Positions 46,024 through 58,209 are shown, numbered from the stretch's first letter. The stretch: 64,000 nucleotides of DNA from an uncultured Thermoleophilia bacterium (GCA_963765635.1 CAVXXF010000002.1:210363-274362); one strand, 5' to 3'. The notes: generated from the sequence alone by a model not told the origin. Program-made: numbers and translations.

Positions 46024-48285
46024 TTGGCCAAGGCCGATCAGAACCGCCGCGCCGCGCGGCGTCAGGCGGAGCGCAAGCAGGCCGCCGGCAAGAAGGCCGC
46101 CGGCAAGCAGCCGCCGTCTGAGCAGCCGCCGGCCAAGCGACAGTCGGCCAAGCAGGTCGCCGGTGCGCCGGCGCCCAAGCCGGCGGCGCGCGCGGCCGCG
46201 CCTGCGGAGGCTTCCGCCGAGTCCATGAGCGTCGCCCGCCGGGTCTCCTGGTGGGCGCTGCTGGCCATGGTGTTCCTCGTCCCCATCGCCTTCAGCAACC
46301 TCACCTTCCTCGGCTTCCAGACTCCCTTCACCTTCGACGCCTTCGACATCGTCAAGGTGTCTCTCGAGCGCGTGCTGGGGCTCGTCGCGCTGGGCGCCTG
46401 GGCCTGGGACATGCTACGCAAGGGCGGCCGCATACGGCGCACGCCGGTGGACTGGCTCATCCTCGCCTTCCTCGCTTGGGTGGCGCTCACCACGGTGACG
46501 TCCATCCACTGGCCCACGGCGCTGTTCGGCAAGCCGCGGCGCTATGAGGGGCTGCTCTCTTTCGTCAACTACGCCGTCATCTACTTCCTCGTCCTGCAGT
46601 TCGCCGATCACGCGCCACGAGTCCGGCGCCTCGCGCAGTCCCTGTTCTGGGCGAGTGTGATCGTGGCCGGCTACGGCCTTCTGCAGTTCGCCGGCCTGGA
46701 GTTCGTCAGCTGGGGCACCCTCCCGTTTGAGACCAACCGCGCCTTCTCCACCTACGGCAACCCCGATCTGCTCGGTGGCTTCCTGATCTTCTCGGTCACG
46801 GTCGCCCTCGGGCTCGCACTCCTCGAGCAGCGACTTGCGTGGCGCCTGGTGTACTGGGTGGGCTTCGGCCTCAACGGATTGGCGCTGATCGTCGCCTTCA
46901 CGCGCGGCGCCTGGATCGGCGGCGCCGTCAGCCTCGTCCTTCTAGGCGTCATCGCCTGGCGGCAACGCGCCACAATGCGCCGCATCGACTGGGCACCCGC
47001 CGGAGTCTCCATCGCCGTCGGCGCCGCCGTCATCTGGCGCAGCCTCTCCAGCCCCAACGAGGTCATGAACTTCGGCAAGCGCCTGGCCTCGATCTTCCAG
47101 TTCAGCGGCGGCAGCGGGCAGACGCGCACCGAGATCTGGCAGGCGGCCATCGCGGCCATCAAGGAGCGCCCGGTCCTCGGCTACGGCGCCGACACCTTCC
47201 GTCTTGTATTCCCCACGTTCAAGCCGGTCGAGTACGTGCGCGACGCCGGCGGCTCGTCGGTGGCCGACAACGTGCACGACTATCCGCTGCAGCTGGCCGC
47301 CGGCATCGGCATCCCCGGCATGCTCCTGTTCTACGGCATCTTCGTCTGGGCCGGGGTGCGGTCCTTCAGCACCGTGTTCCGGCGCTCGAGCGACCCCACG
47401 CGCCTCATCCTGGGGGCGTTCTGGGCCGCCGCGGTGGGCTACCTTGTGCAGCTGCTCTTCGGCATCTCGGTCACTGGCAACACGTTTCTGCTATGGATCG
47501 CGCTGGCGGTCGTGCTCGTGCCGACCGCGCGGTGCGTCGAGGTGAAGGCTCTCCGCTGGGGCACCGCGGCCGGCGTGATCGTCCTCGCAACCGTCGCGCT
47601 GGCCATTGGCTACCAGGGGGTATTCGTTCTGGCGGACAACGCCTACCTGCAGGCGCAAACGGCGCCGTCGCTGGCCGACCGCACCGCAGCGGCGGTTCGG
47701 GCGGTCAAGCTCAACTCGCTCAATCCGACCTATCGGGGCGCCGTGGGCTTTGCCTACCTCGATGAAGTCCGCGCCGCCCTGCAGGCCGGCGCTCAGGCGC
47801 AGCAGAACGGCGAGGACACAGCCCCGTATGCGGAGGCGGTCAAGCGGAGCTTCGCGAACGCGGAGACCGCGCTCAAGGATGCCATCGCCTTCGCTCCCGA
47901 CGAGTACGACAACTACGTGACCCTGGCCGACCTCTACAACGTCGGCGGCGGAGCCCTGACCGAGGACCTCTACCAGAGCGCCATCGAGGTCGCCGAGCAA
48001 GCGCTCGAGGTGGCGCCCTTCGGCACCGCGATCCGCGTGCAGTTGGCGCGATCACTGCTCGCCGTCGGCAAGACCGCCGAGGCCGTGAAGACGCTGGAGT
48101 ACGTGGTGCGCATCGACCCGACCGGCGGTCAGGCGGCGCTCATGCTGGCGGACGTCTATCAGCAGCAGGGGAAGCCGGCCAAGGCGCTCGCCGTGTTGAA
48201 GTCGCTGGAGGCGATCGCTCCCGGCCAGCCCGGCATCGCCGAGGCCATCCAGCAGCTCGAAGCGAGCGTCACGCCGGCTCCATAG
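46024..48285 (+). CDS. Wzy/O-antigen ligase-like polytopic membrane protein with Lys/Ala/Pro-rich N-terminal tail and C-terminal TPR domain
   Basis: 753 aa. ~67-aa low-complexity N-terminus (KADQNRRAARRQAERKQAAGKKAAGKQPP...), ~10 TM helices with a large loop (O-antigen ligase/Wzy-like), then TPR-like helical repeats at the C-terminus. Confidence 0.7.
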   Translation: MAKADQNRRAARRQAERKQAAGKKAAGKQPPSEQPPAKRQSAKQVAGAPAPKPAARAAAPAEASAESMSVARRVSWWALLAMVFLVPIAFSNLTFLGFQTPFTFDAFDIVKVSLERVLGLVALGAWAWDMLRKGGRIRRTPVDWLILAFLAWVALTTVTSIHWPTALFGKPRRYEGLLSFVNYAVIYFLVLQFADHAPRVRRLAQSLFWASVIVAGYGLLQFAGLEFVSWGTLPFETNRAFSTYGNPDLLGGFLIFSVTVALGLALLEQRLAWRLVYWVGFGLNGLALIVAFTRGAWIGGAVSLVLLGVIAWRQRATMRRIDWAPAGVSIAVGAAVIWRSLSSPNEVMNFGKRLASIFQFSGGSGQTRTEIWQAAIAAIKERPVLGYGADTFRLVFPTFKPVEYVRDAGGSSVADNVHDYPLQLAAGIGIPGMLLFYGIFVWAGVRSFSTVFRRSSDPTRLILGAFWAAAVGYLVQLLFGISVTGNTFLLWIALAVVLVPTARCVEVKALRWGTAAGVIVLATVALAIGYQGVFVLADNAYLQAQTAPSLADRTAAAVRAVKLNSLNPTYRGAVGFAYLDEVRAALQAGAQAQQNGEDTAPYAEAVKRSFANAETALKDAIAFAPDEYDNYVTLADLYNVGGGALTEDLYQSAIEVAEQALEVAPFGTAIRVQLARSLLAVGKTAEAVKTLEYVVRIDPTGGQAALMLADVYQQQGKPAKALAVLKSLEAIAPGQPGIAEAIQQLEASVTPAP

Positions 48286-48336
48286 CGGGCGCCTGGCGGG
48301 GGGTATGCGCCCGACCGAGCGGCCCGCTCGTACGCG

Positions 48337-48380
48337 AAAAGGGGAGAGAGGGAACTCAGCGCCCCTCTCTCCCCCTTGTC
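48337..48380. terminator. Bidirectional intrinsic terminator between the Wzy-like gene (+) and trxA (-)
   Basis: aaaa-GGGGAGAGAGGG-aactcagcgc-CCCTCTCTCCCC-ttgtc. 12-bp perfect stem flanked by A-run and T-rich tail. Confidence 0.6.
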
Positions 48381-48406
48381 ACTAGACGATCCCGATCGCG
48401 TGTGAC

Positions 48407-48730
48407 TCAGACCAGTTCGAACTCCCGCTCGAAATCGGCCTTCGAGCGCGCCCCGATGACCTTCTTGGCGGGCTCGCCGTCCTTGAACAGGATGATCGTG
48501 GGGATGCTCATGATGCCGAGCTTGCCGGCGATGCCCGGGTTCTCGTCGACGTTGACCTTGCCGATGGCCACCTTGTCGCCGTGCTCTTGGGCGATCTCAT
48601 CGATGATAGGGCCGACCATGCGGCACGGGCCGCACCACGGCGCCCAGAAATCGACGATCATCGGCGTCGTGGATTTGCCTATCTCGTCGTCGAACGTCGC
48701 ATCGGTCAGGGTCTTCACTTCGCTTGCCAC
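48407..48730 (-). CDS. trxA: Thioredoxin
   Basis: 107 aa with WCGPC active site (MIVDFWAPWCGPCRMVGPIIDEIA). Confidence 0.95.
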   Translation of the reverse strand: MASEVKTLTDATFDDEIGKSTTPMIVDFWAPWCGPCRMVGPIIDEIAQEHGDKVAIGKVNVDENPGIAGKLGIMSIPTIILFKDGEPAKKVIGARSKADFEREFELV

Positions 48731-48742
48731 CTGGGTTCCTCC

Positions 48743-49135
48743 TTAGAGACTCTCGAGCACGCGCGTGAGGCGTGCCTGGACTTCGTCGGCGATGGGGGCG
48801 AGCTCGGGGTTGCCCACCATGCCGAGCATGGCGCCGGCGTTGACGGCCGCTACCCTCGTGCCGGCGTCCGTCTCGTAGACTACGACGTTGCAGGGAAGCA
48901 GTAGACCCAGGTCGGCCTCCACGCCGAGCGCCGCGTGCGCGAGCTTGGGATTGCAGGCGCCGAGAATCACGGACGGGCGCGTGTCCACGCCGAGCTTGTC
49001 TTTCATCGTCTTCTGGACGTCGATCTCGGTGATCACGCCGAAGCCCTCAGCCTTGAGGGCCTCGAGGACGCGCTGAAGCACTGTGTCGTATGACCCGGTC
49101 AGGTCGCGTCCAACGCCGTACTCGACTGCCTGCAT
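48743..49135 (-). CDS. DUF302-domain protein
   Basis: MQAVEYGVGRDLTGSYDTVLQRVLEALKAEGFGVITEIDVQKTMKDKLG...ILGACNP...GLLLPCNVVVYE. Start at internal ATG rather than the track's Arg-rich extension. Confidence 0.7.
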   Translation of the reverse strand: MQAVEYGVGRDLTGSYDTVLQRVLEALKAEGFGVITEIDVQKTMKDKLGVDTRPSVILGACNPKLAHAALGVEADLGLLLPCNVVVYETDAGTRVAAVNAGAMLGMVGNPELAPIADEVQARLTRVLESL

Positions 49136-49166
49136 GGTGAACCTCCTGGGGGAACGGGGACGCCGT

Positions 49167-49189
49167 GATATACCCAAGGGGGTATATTC
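49167..49189. promoter_or_regulatory. Perfect palindrome ATATACCC-aagg-GGGTATAT in the divergent DUF302 / ilvD intergenic region; candidate operator
   Basis: Read directly from the sequence. AT-rich palindrome in an otherwise ~70 % GC context. ~30 nt upstream of the DUF302 start and ~200 nt upstream of ilvD. Confidence 0.4.
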
Positions 49190-49383
49190 TCACGCCTCAA
49201 CCCGTCCGAGTGCTCAGGGCTACCATGCCCACGGCGGGCGCTGGTCAATCCCGGCGCGGGCCGGGCACGGGACTCGAGTCCTACGCCTTGCCGACCGTTT
49301 CGGGTATCATTCTGGGTTCTCGGCCGGCGCCGCCCGCGGCTCCGCCGGCCGCAGCCGGTCCCCGCGGAAAGGGCGTGGTGAGC

Positions 49384-51045
49384 GTGAGAAGCGACGAGAT
49401 CAAACGCGGCGTGGCGCGCGCCCCGCACCGCTCGCTGCTGCGCGCGCTGGGCATCAGCGACGCCGAGATGGAGAAGCCGTTCATCGGTGTGGCCAACGCC
49501 TTCAGCGAAGTGGTGCCCGGCCACGTGCACCTGCGCAGCGTCGTCGAGGCCGTCAAGGCCGGCGTGCGCGGCGCCGGCGGCGTGCCCCTGGAGTTCGGCG
49601 TCATGGGCATCTGCGACGGCATCGCCATGAACCATCTGGGCATGAACTACTCGCTGCCCAGCCGCGAGCTCATCGCCGACACCGTCGAATCGATGACCAT
49701 CGCCCATGCCTTCGACGCGCTGGTGCTGGTGCCCACCTGCGACAAGATCGTGCCCGGCATGCTCATGGCCGCCATGCGCCTCAACGTGCCCGCCATCATG
49801 GTGGGGGGCGGGCCCATGCTCGCCGGCCACCTGGACGGGCGCACCATCGACCTCAACAGCGTGTTCGAGGCCGTGGGCCGCCACCAGGCAGGCACCCTCG
49901 ACGACGACGGCCTCAAGGCCATCGAATGTGGCGCCTGCCCCACCTGCGGCTCGTGTTCGGGCATGTTCACCGCCAATTCCATGAACTGCCTCGCCGAGGT
50001 CATCGGCATGGCGCTGCCCGGCAACGGCACCATCCCGGCGGCCTACAGCGAGCGCCTGCGCTATGCCAAGGACGCCGGCGCCAAGGTCATGGACGTGCTG
50101 GCCGCCGACCTCAAGCCGCGCGACCTGCTCACGGAGGCCGCGGTCGGCAACGCTCTCGCAGCAGACGCCGGCCTGGGCTGCAGCACCAATACCGTCCTTC
50201 ACCTTGCGGCGATCGCCACCGAGGCGGGCCTCGAGTTCGATCTGCAGAGCATCAACGAGGTCGCCGCTCGGGTGCCGCACATCTGCCTGCTCGCGCCGGC
50301 GGGCGTTCATCACATGGAAGACCTGTACCGGGCCGGCGGCGTGCAGGCCGTGATGAAGCAGCTCATCGGCGCCGGCCTCATGGACGGCTCCGCCCTCAGC
50401 GTGGCCGGCGGCACCGTCGCCGAGGCAGTGGCCGGCGCCCGCGTCGTCGACGACGACGTGATCCGGCCCCTCGACAAGGCCTACCACGCCACCGGCGGCC
50501 TGGCCGTGCTCTTCGGCAACCTCGCCCCCGACGGCGCCGTGGTCAAGGAGGGCGCCGTGGCCGACGAGATGCTGCGCCACGGCGGCCCCGCCCAGGTCTT
50601 CGAGAGTGAGAGAGACGCCGTGGCGGCTATCGCCGACGGCGCTATCCGCACCGGCTCGGTGGTCGTGATCCGCGGCGAGGGCCCCAAAGGTGCGCCCGGC
50701 ATGCCCGAGATGCTCAGCGCCACGTCGATGCTCGCCGGCCAGGGCCGCGACAAGGACGTCGCGCTCCTCACCGACGGGCGCTTCAGCGGCGCCACGCGCG
50801 GCGCCGCCATCGGCCACGTGGCGCCCGAAGCGTACGCCGGCGGACTCATCGGCCTCGTCCACGAGGGCGACACCATCAGCATCGACATCCCCGCACGCAG
50901 CCTCACCCTCGACGTCGACGAAGAGGAGATCGCGCGGCGCCGGGCGGCGCAGCCGCCCATCACGCCGCGTGCCGGCGTAACCGGCTACCTCGCCCGTTAC
51001 GTCAAACTCGTCTCCGGCGCGGAGAAGGGAGCCGTGCTCCGATGA
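49384..51045 (+). CDS. ilvD: Dihydroxy-acid dehydratase
   Basis: GTG start giving MRSDEIKRGVARAPHRSLLRALGISD.... The track ORF extends upstream through a Pro/Ala-rich leader. [2Fe-2S] Cys ligands (CDKIVPGM; CGACPTCGSCSG). Full-length. Confidence 0.9.
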   Translation: MRSDEIKRGVARAPHRSLLRALGISDAEMEKPFIGVANAFSEVVPGHVHLRSVVEAVKAGVRGAGGVPLEFGVMGICDGIAMNHLGMNYSLPSRELIADTVESMTIAHAFDALVLVPTCDKIVPGMLMAAMRLNVPAIMVGGGPMLAGHLDGRTIDLNSVFEAVGRHQAGTLDDDGLKAIECGACPTCGSCSGMFTANSMNCLAEVIGMALPGNGTIPAAYSERLRYAKDAGAKVMDVLAADLKPRDLLTEAAVGNALAADAGLGCSTNTVLHLAAIATEAGLEFDLQSINEVAARVPHICLLAPAGVHHMEDLYRAGGVQAVMKQLIGAGLMDGSALSVAGGTVAEAVAGARVVDDDVIRPLDKAYHATGGLAVLFGNLAPDGAVVKEGAVADEMLRHGGPAQVFESERDAVAAIADGAIRTGSVVVIRGEGPKGAPGMPEMLSATSMLAGQGRDKDVALLTDGRFSGATRGAAIGHVAPEAYAGGLIGLVHEGDTISIDIPARSLTLDVDEEEIARRRAAQPPITPRAGVTGYLARYVKLVSGAEKGAVLR

Positions 51046-52766
51046 CACCAGACAAGAGAATGAAAGGCTCGCAGGCCCTCGTGGCCGCCCTCGAGCACGA
51101 GGGCTGCGAGGTCATCTTCGGCTATCCCGGCGGCGTCGCGATCCCTTTCTACGACGCCCTGTACGACGCCAAGAAGCTGCGCCACGTGCTGGTGCGCCAC
51201 GAGCAGGGTGCGGCGCACGCCGCCGACGGCTACGCGCGCGCCACCGGCAAGGTGGGCGTCTGCACCGCGACCAGCGGCCCCGGGGCCACCAACCTCGTCA
51301 CCGGCATCGCTACGGCCTACCTCGACTCGTCGCCGTTGGTGGTCATCACCTGGCAGGTGCGCAGCGACCTCATCGGTACCGACGCCTTTCAGGAGGCCGA
51401 CATCACCGGCATCACCCTGCCGATCGTCAAGCACTCCTACCTTGTCAAGGCCTCGGCCGACCTGCCGCAGATCGTCCACGAGGCCTTCCACATCGCCTCG
51501 ACGGGGCGTCCCGGCCCGGTGGTCATCGACATCCCCGTCGACATCGCCCTGGGTGAGCTCGCCTACCACGACGCCGACTCCATCGATCTGCCTGGCTACC
51601 GGCCCACGTTCAAGGGGCATATAAAGCAGATCCGCGCCGCCGCCAAGGCGATCAACGACGCCCAGCGCCCGGTGCTGTACCTGGGCGGGGGCGCTATCGC
51701 CTCCGACGCGGCCCCCGAGATCTTGCGGCTCGCCGAGTTGCGCCGGTTACCTGTGGCGACCACGCTCATGGCCCTCGGCGCCTTCCCCGAGACGCACGAG
51801 CTCTCCATGGGCATGCTGGGCATGCACGGTACCGTCACCGCCAACTACGCGGTGCACGAGTGCGACCTGCTCATCAATCTGGGAGCGCGCTTCGACGACC
51901 GCGTCACCGGCAAGCTCAAGGCGTTCGCGCCGCATGCGCGCGTCATCCACGCCGACGTGGATCCAGCCGAGATCGGCAAGAACGTCGTGCCGCTCATCCC
52001 CATCGTCGGCGACGCCAGGCACGTGGCTGCGGGGCTGGTCAAGGAGCTCGAGGGTATGGAGTGGCCGCCCGAGCGCACCGCCGAGTGGCTGGCGCGCATC
52101 GCCGCCCGCAAGGAGGAGTTCCCCCTGCATTACGAGGACCCCAAGGACGGCAAGCTCGCGCCCCAGCTCGTGATCCAGGAGATCGACCGCGTCACCGCTC
52201 ACGACGCCATCATCTGTACCGACGTGGGCCAGCACCAGATGTGGGCGACCCAGTACTACACGTACCTTTATCCGCGGCAGTTCATCAGCTCCGGCGGCCT
52301 CGGCACGATGGGCTTCGGGCTGCCGGCGAGCATCGGCGCCAAGATCGCCTACCCCGACAAGACGGTGATCGACGTCAGCGGCGACGGTGGCTTCCAGATG
52401 ACGATGCAGGAGCTCGCGACGGCCGTGAGCTACGACGTCCCGGTCGTGGTCTGCATCCTCAACAACGGCTATCTGGGCATGGTCCGCCAGTGGCAGGACC
52501 TCTTCTGGAACAAACGCTACTCGTTCACCTGCATCGAGGCGCAGCCCGACTTCAAGATGCTGGCCGAGGCGTTCGGCGCCGTGGGCTTCCTGGTCACAGA
52601 GAAGGACGAGATCGAGCCGGCCCTGCGCGAGGCCATCGGCTGCGGCCGCCCGGCGGTGATCGACTTCCGGACCTCCGCCGAGGAGAACGTGTTCCCGATG
52701 GTGCCGGCGGGGCAGGAGATCACCGAGATGATCGGCGGCCAGAGCCGCAAGGGGAGAAAGTCATGA
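51042..52766 (+). CDS. ilvB: Acetolactate synthase large subunit
   Basis: 574 aa. TPP-binding (GDGGFQMTMQEL) and FAD-binding regions. ATGA overlap with ilvD. Confidence 0.95.
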   Translation: MTPDKRMKGSQALVAALEHEGCEVIFGYPGGVAIPFYDALYDAKKLRHVLVRHEQGAAHAADGYARATGKVGVCTATSGPGATNLVTGIATAYLDSSPLVVITWQVRSDLIGTDAFQEADITGITLPIVKHSYLVKASADLPQIVHEAFHIASTGRPGPVVIDIPVDIALGELAYHDADSIDLPGYRPTFKGHIKQIRAAAKAINDAQRPVLYLGGGAIASDAAPEILRLAELRRLPVATTLMALGAFPETHELSMGMLGMHGTVTANYAVHECDLLINLGARFDDRVTGKLKAFAPHARVIHADVDPAEIGKNVVPLIPIVGDARHVAAGLVKELEGMEWPPERTAEWLARIAARKEEFPLHYEDPKDGKLAPQLVIQEIDRVTAHDAIICTDVGQHQMWATQYYTYLYPRQFISSGGLGTMGFGLPASIGAKIAYPDKTVIDVSGDGGFQMTMQELATAVSYDVPVVVCILNNGYLGMVRQWQDLFWNKRYSFTCIEAQPDFKMLAEAFGAVGFLVTEKDEIEPALREAIGCGRPAVIDFRTSAEENVFPMVPAGQEITEMIGGQSRKGRKS

Positions 52767-53242
52767 AGCACACCCTCTCCATCCTCGTCGAGAACAAGCC
52801 CGGCGTGCTCACGCGGGTCGCCGGGCTCTTCGCACGGCGCGGCTTCAACATCGAGAGCCTGGCGGTGGGGCTCAGCGAAGACCCCAAGCTCTCGCGCATC
52901 ACGATCGTCATCGACGGCGACGAGCACCCCGTCGATCAGGTCACCAAACAGCTGCACAAGCTCATCAACGTGGTCAAGATACGCGACCTCGACGCGGGCA
53001 ACTCCGTGTCGGCCGAACTGCTGTTCGTGCGCGTCGCCGGTGAGGGGGAGAAGCGCACCGAAGCGCTGCAGATCGCCGAGATCTTCAAGGCCAAGATCGT
53101 CGATGTGGATCGCCGCGCGCTCACGTTGCGCGTCGTGGGCGTGAACGACAAGCTCGAAGCGCTTCTCGAGTTGCTGCAGCCCCTGGGCATCCTCGAAGTC
53201 GTGCGCACGGGCACGATCGCCATGGGGCGCGGGCGCGGCTGA
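52763..53242 (+). CDS. ilvN: Acetolactate synthase small (regulatory) subunit
   Basis: MKHTLSILVENKPGVLTRVAGLFARRGFNIESLAVG. ACT domain. ATGA overlap with ilvB. Confidence 0.9.
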   Translation: MKHTLSILVENKPGVLTRVAGLFARRGFNIESLAVGLSEDPKLSRITIVIDGDEHPVDQVTKQLHKLINVVKIRDLDAGNSVSAELLFVRVAGEGEKRTEALQIAEIFKAKIVDVDRRALTLRVVGVNDKLEALLELLQPLGILEVVRTGTIAMGRGRG

Positions 53243-53312
53243 CGCCAGCCCGCGCCGCGTCCCTTTCACTCAGAAGTCTTCCCAGCAAAGCAGACACGTC
53301 ACGAGGTGATGA

Positions 53313-54545
<1,233 letters not shown>

Positions 54546-54585
54546 GCGCCCGTCCGGGGGACCCGTGGCCACGAGAGGAAGGACC

Positions 54586-55416
54586 ATGAGAACCGTGCGT
54601 CTGTTCATGACCCTTGCCGGCGCTCTTCTGCTCATCTCGGGGTGCGGGGCAGGGGGGTCAGGCGATGTGCGGTCTCCTTCGTCCAGTCCCTCCCCGGTCG
54701 CCACCGAGCCGGCGACCGCCCCACCGGCGTCCGGCGTCACGATCCGCTATGAAGGCAACGCCCAGGTCGAGGTGAGCCTGAACGGCGGCGCCCGGGTGCT
54801 GATCGACGTCTACGACCCGTCTGCTCTCTCGGCGCCGCCGACGGCCGACGACATTTTGTTGACCACGCACACTCACGACGACCACCTGTCGCACGGCTTT
54901 CGCGGCAGCTTTCCCGGCCGCCAGCTGTTCGTGAGGGAGGGTACGATCGAGACGCCCGACGCGGTCATCACGGGCATGGCGGCGGCGCACAACGAGGGCG
55001 ACCCACTGCTGCCGAAGAACGGCACCGACTACATCTTCGTCATCGACATCGGTGGCCTGCGCATCGCCCACTTCGGCGACCTCGGGCAGACCGTTCTGAC
55101 GGCCGGGCAGCTGGAGAAGCTGGGCGACGTCGACATCGCCGTCACCCAGTTCGAGAACTCCTTCAGCCATATGGACGCGATCAACCAGAAGGGCTTCCGC
55201 CTCATGGAGCAGGTCAAGCCGCCGCTCATCCTCCAGACGCACACGAGCCCAGCCGCGGTGCAGTATGCCGGGACCCTGTGGCCGGTGCTGTTCTCGGGGC
55301 GATCCGCGGTGACGATCGCAGCCACCGATCTCCCCGCCGAGACCAGCCTGCTGCTGCTCGGCGACGACGCCGCCTTCTACGCTGGGCTCGTGCCCGCGGA
55401 GAAGGTGGACTGGTGA
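54586..55416 (+). CDS. MBL-fold metallo-hydrolase lipoprotein
   Basis: Lipobox LLISGCG. THTHDDHL (HxHxDH) metal-binding motif. Confidence 0.7.
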   Translation: MRTVRLFMTLAGALLLISGCGAGGSGDVRSPSSSPSPVATEPATAPPASGVTIRYEGNAQVEVSLNGGARVLIDVYDPSALSAPPTADDILLTTHTHDDHLSHGFRGSFPGRQLFVREGTIETPDAVITGMAAAHNEGDPLLPKNGTDYIFVIDIGGLRIAHFGDLGQTVLTAGQLEKLGDVDIAVTQFENSFSHMDAINQKGFRLMEQVKPPLILQTHTSPAAVQYAGTLWPVLFSGRSAVTIAATDLPAETSLLLLGDDAAFYAGLVPAEKVDW

Positions 55417-55420
55417 GGCC

Positions 55421-56674
55421 GTGTCGTCGGCTCCGGGACTGGGCGACGTGACCGCCGCCGGCGACCCCGTCCTCGAGAAGGCGGGCCTGGACGAGGCAGC
55501 CCTGGAGGCCGCTGAAGACAGCGGCCGCCATGCTACCAACCTGGAGCTCTTCCTTGACCTCGTCTTCGTCTTCGCGGTCACGCAGGTCGCCGGGGTGCTC
55601 GCCTCCGACCTGAGCGTGGCCGGCTTCGCCAGGGGGCTGCTCCTGGCTTGGCTGGTGTGGTGGTTGTGGTCGCAGTTCACCTGGCTGGGCACCGCGATCG
55701 ACCTGGGCGGCCGCTCGGCGACCCAGTTCCTGGTGCTGGCCACGGTGCCGCTCACCTTGCTCATGGCGGTCGCCTTGCCGGGGGCCTACGGGTCATCGGG
55801 GCTCGAGTTCGCGGGCGCGTATCTGGCCGTGAACCTGTGGGCGCTGGCGATCCAGGGCTGGGGCTTGCGGCGGGAGCCGGCGACTCGAAGAGCGTGGCTC
55901 CGCTACGCGCCGCTGGCGGCCCTGGCGCCGCTGGTGCTGCTCGGCGGCGCCTTTCTCCCCGATGGCGCGCGCTTCGGCGTGTGGTGCGCGGTCGCGGCGT
56001 TCAGCGTCGCCAGCGCCCTGGCCGGCGGACGAGGCCAGGAGGGGACCATCGAATGGACGGTCGACCCCGGGCATTTCACCGAACGGCACGCGCTCTTCGT
56101 CATCATCTCTCTCGGTGAGATCCTGGTCGCAGTGGGCGCCTCGGCCGCCGGAGTGCGTCTCAGCCCGGTGGTCGGCGCCGGCCTGCTCGCCACCGTGGCC
56201 GTCGCCTGCGTGTTCTGGTGGACCTACTTCGCTTATGTGCCTGAGGCGGTCGAGCGGGCCCTGCGCTCGGCCAGTCACCACGAACGTGGGCGCATCGCCC
56301 GCGACCGCTTCACCCTCGGCCACTTCCCGATCGTCTTCGGCCTGGTCCTCTTCGCCGTGGTCGCCGAACACGTCGTCGCGCATCCGACCGACTCCCCGTC
56401 TGGCGGCGAGCTCGCGGTGCTGGCCGGCGCCGTCGCGTTCTTCGTGGGCGGTCTCCTGGGCCTGCAATGGCAGGCCGTGCGTCGGCTGGCGCCTGAGCGC
56501 GTCGCGGCCATCGTCGCTGTGGCGGCGCTGTGCTGGGTCGCCGGGCCCAGGGTGCCCGGCGTGGTGCTGGTCGCCGTGGTCGCGGTCATCATCGCGATCA
56601 TGCAGACGATCTCGTTGCGCCGCTACGATCGGCTCGTGGCCGAGCGGACGAAGTCCGGGGAGGAGCCGACATGA
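55421..56674 (+). CDS. LtrA (low-temperature-requirement A)-family membrane protein
   Basis: NLELFLDLVFVFAVTQV start motif and ~10 TM helices typical of LtrA/bacilliredoxin-associated family. Confidence 0.7.
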   Translation: MSSAPGLGDVTAAGDPVLEKAGLDEAALEAAEDSGRHATNLELFLDLVFVFAVTQVAGVLASDLSVAGFARGLLLAWLVWWLWSQFTWLGTAIDLGGRSATQFLVLATVPLTLLMAVALPGAYGSSGLEFAGAYLAVNLWALAIQGWGLRREPATRRAWLRYAPLAALAPLVLLGGAFLPDGARFGVWCAVAAFSVASALAGGRGQEGTIEWTVDPGHFTERHALFVIISLGEILVAVGASAAGVRLSPVVGAGLLATVAVACVFWWTYFAYVPEAVERALRSASHHERGRIARDRFTLGHFPIVFGLVLFAVVAEHVVAHPTDSPSGGELAVLAGAVAFFVGGLLGLQWQAVRRLAPERVAAIVAVAALCWVAGPRVPGVVLVAVVAVIIAIMQTISLRRYDRLVAERTKSGEEPT

Positions 56675-57099
56675 AACAGCTGGTCGTGGCCATCGTTCTC
56701 CTGGGTCTCGCGGGGGTCGCTGCCGGCGGGTGCGCAGCGTCCGAAGCGGACGCAGAGGGCGACCCCGGAGACGCGATCCTGGCTGCGGCTTTCAGGGATC
56801 GCGCGAACGACCTGCAGGTGCAGGGCCGCGGCACGGTGTCGAGGCTGCTCACCGATGACGACGAGGGCAGCCGTCACCAGCGCTTCATCGTGCGCCTGGA
56901 TTCCGGTCAGACGCTTCTCGTGGCGCACAACCTCGATGTGGCCCCCCGCGTCGTGGGTCTGGCGGTCGGCGACGAGATCGCCTTCAGCGGAGTCTATGAG
57001 TGGAGTGCCGAGGGCGGCACCATTCACTGGACGCATGCGGACCCGGACGGGGATCACGCCCCGGGATGGCTGCGCCGCGACAAGAAGACGTACCAGTAG
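56671..57099 (+). CDS. DUF3465-like lipoprotein
   Basis: MKQLVVAIVLLGLAGVAAGGCAAS lipoprotein signal. HQRFIVRLDSGQTLLVAHNLDVAPRV...GVYEWSAEGGTIHWTHADPDGDHAPGWL. ATGA overlap with ltrA. Confidence 0.6.
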   Translation: MKQLVVAIVLLGLAGVAAGGCAASEADAEGDPGDAILAAAFRDRANDLQVQGRGTVSRLLTDDDEGSRHQRFIVRLDSGQTLLVAHNLDVAPRVVGLAVGDEIAFSGVYEWSAEGGTIHWTHADPDGDHAPGWLRRDKKTYQ

Positions 57100-57204
57100 G
57101 CGCACCGCGGGCGGCGTCCACGTTGCCGCACCAGGCGCGACGCAGTAAAGTTCATCGTTCGGAGTGCACCCGCCCCGTGGGGCGTACACAGGAGGAGACA
57201 TCGC

Positions 57205-58209
<1,005 letters not shown>

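Noticed and set aside
49165-49383. N-terminal 73-aa extension of ilvD in the track ORF (MIYPRGYILTPQPVRVL...AAAGPRGKGVV)
   Set aside because: Not conserved IlvD sequence. Pro/Ala-rich read-through of the leader. The canonical MRSDEIKRG start with an upstream GGAAAGGG RBS is used instead.
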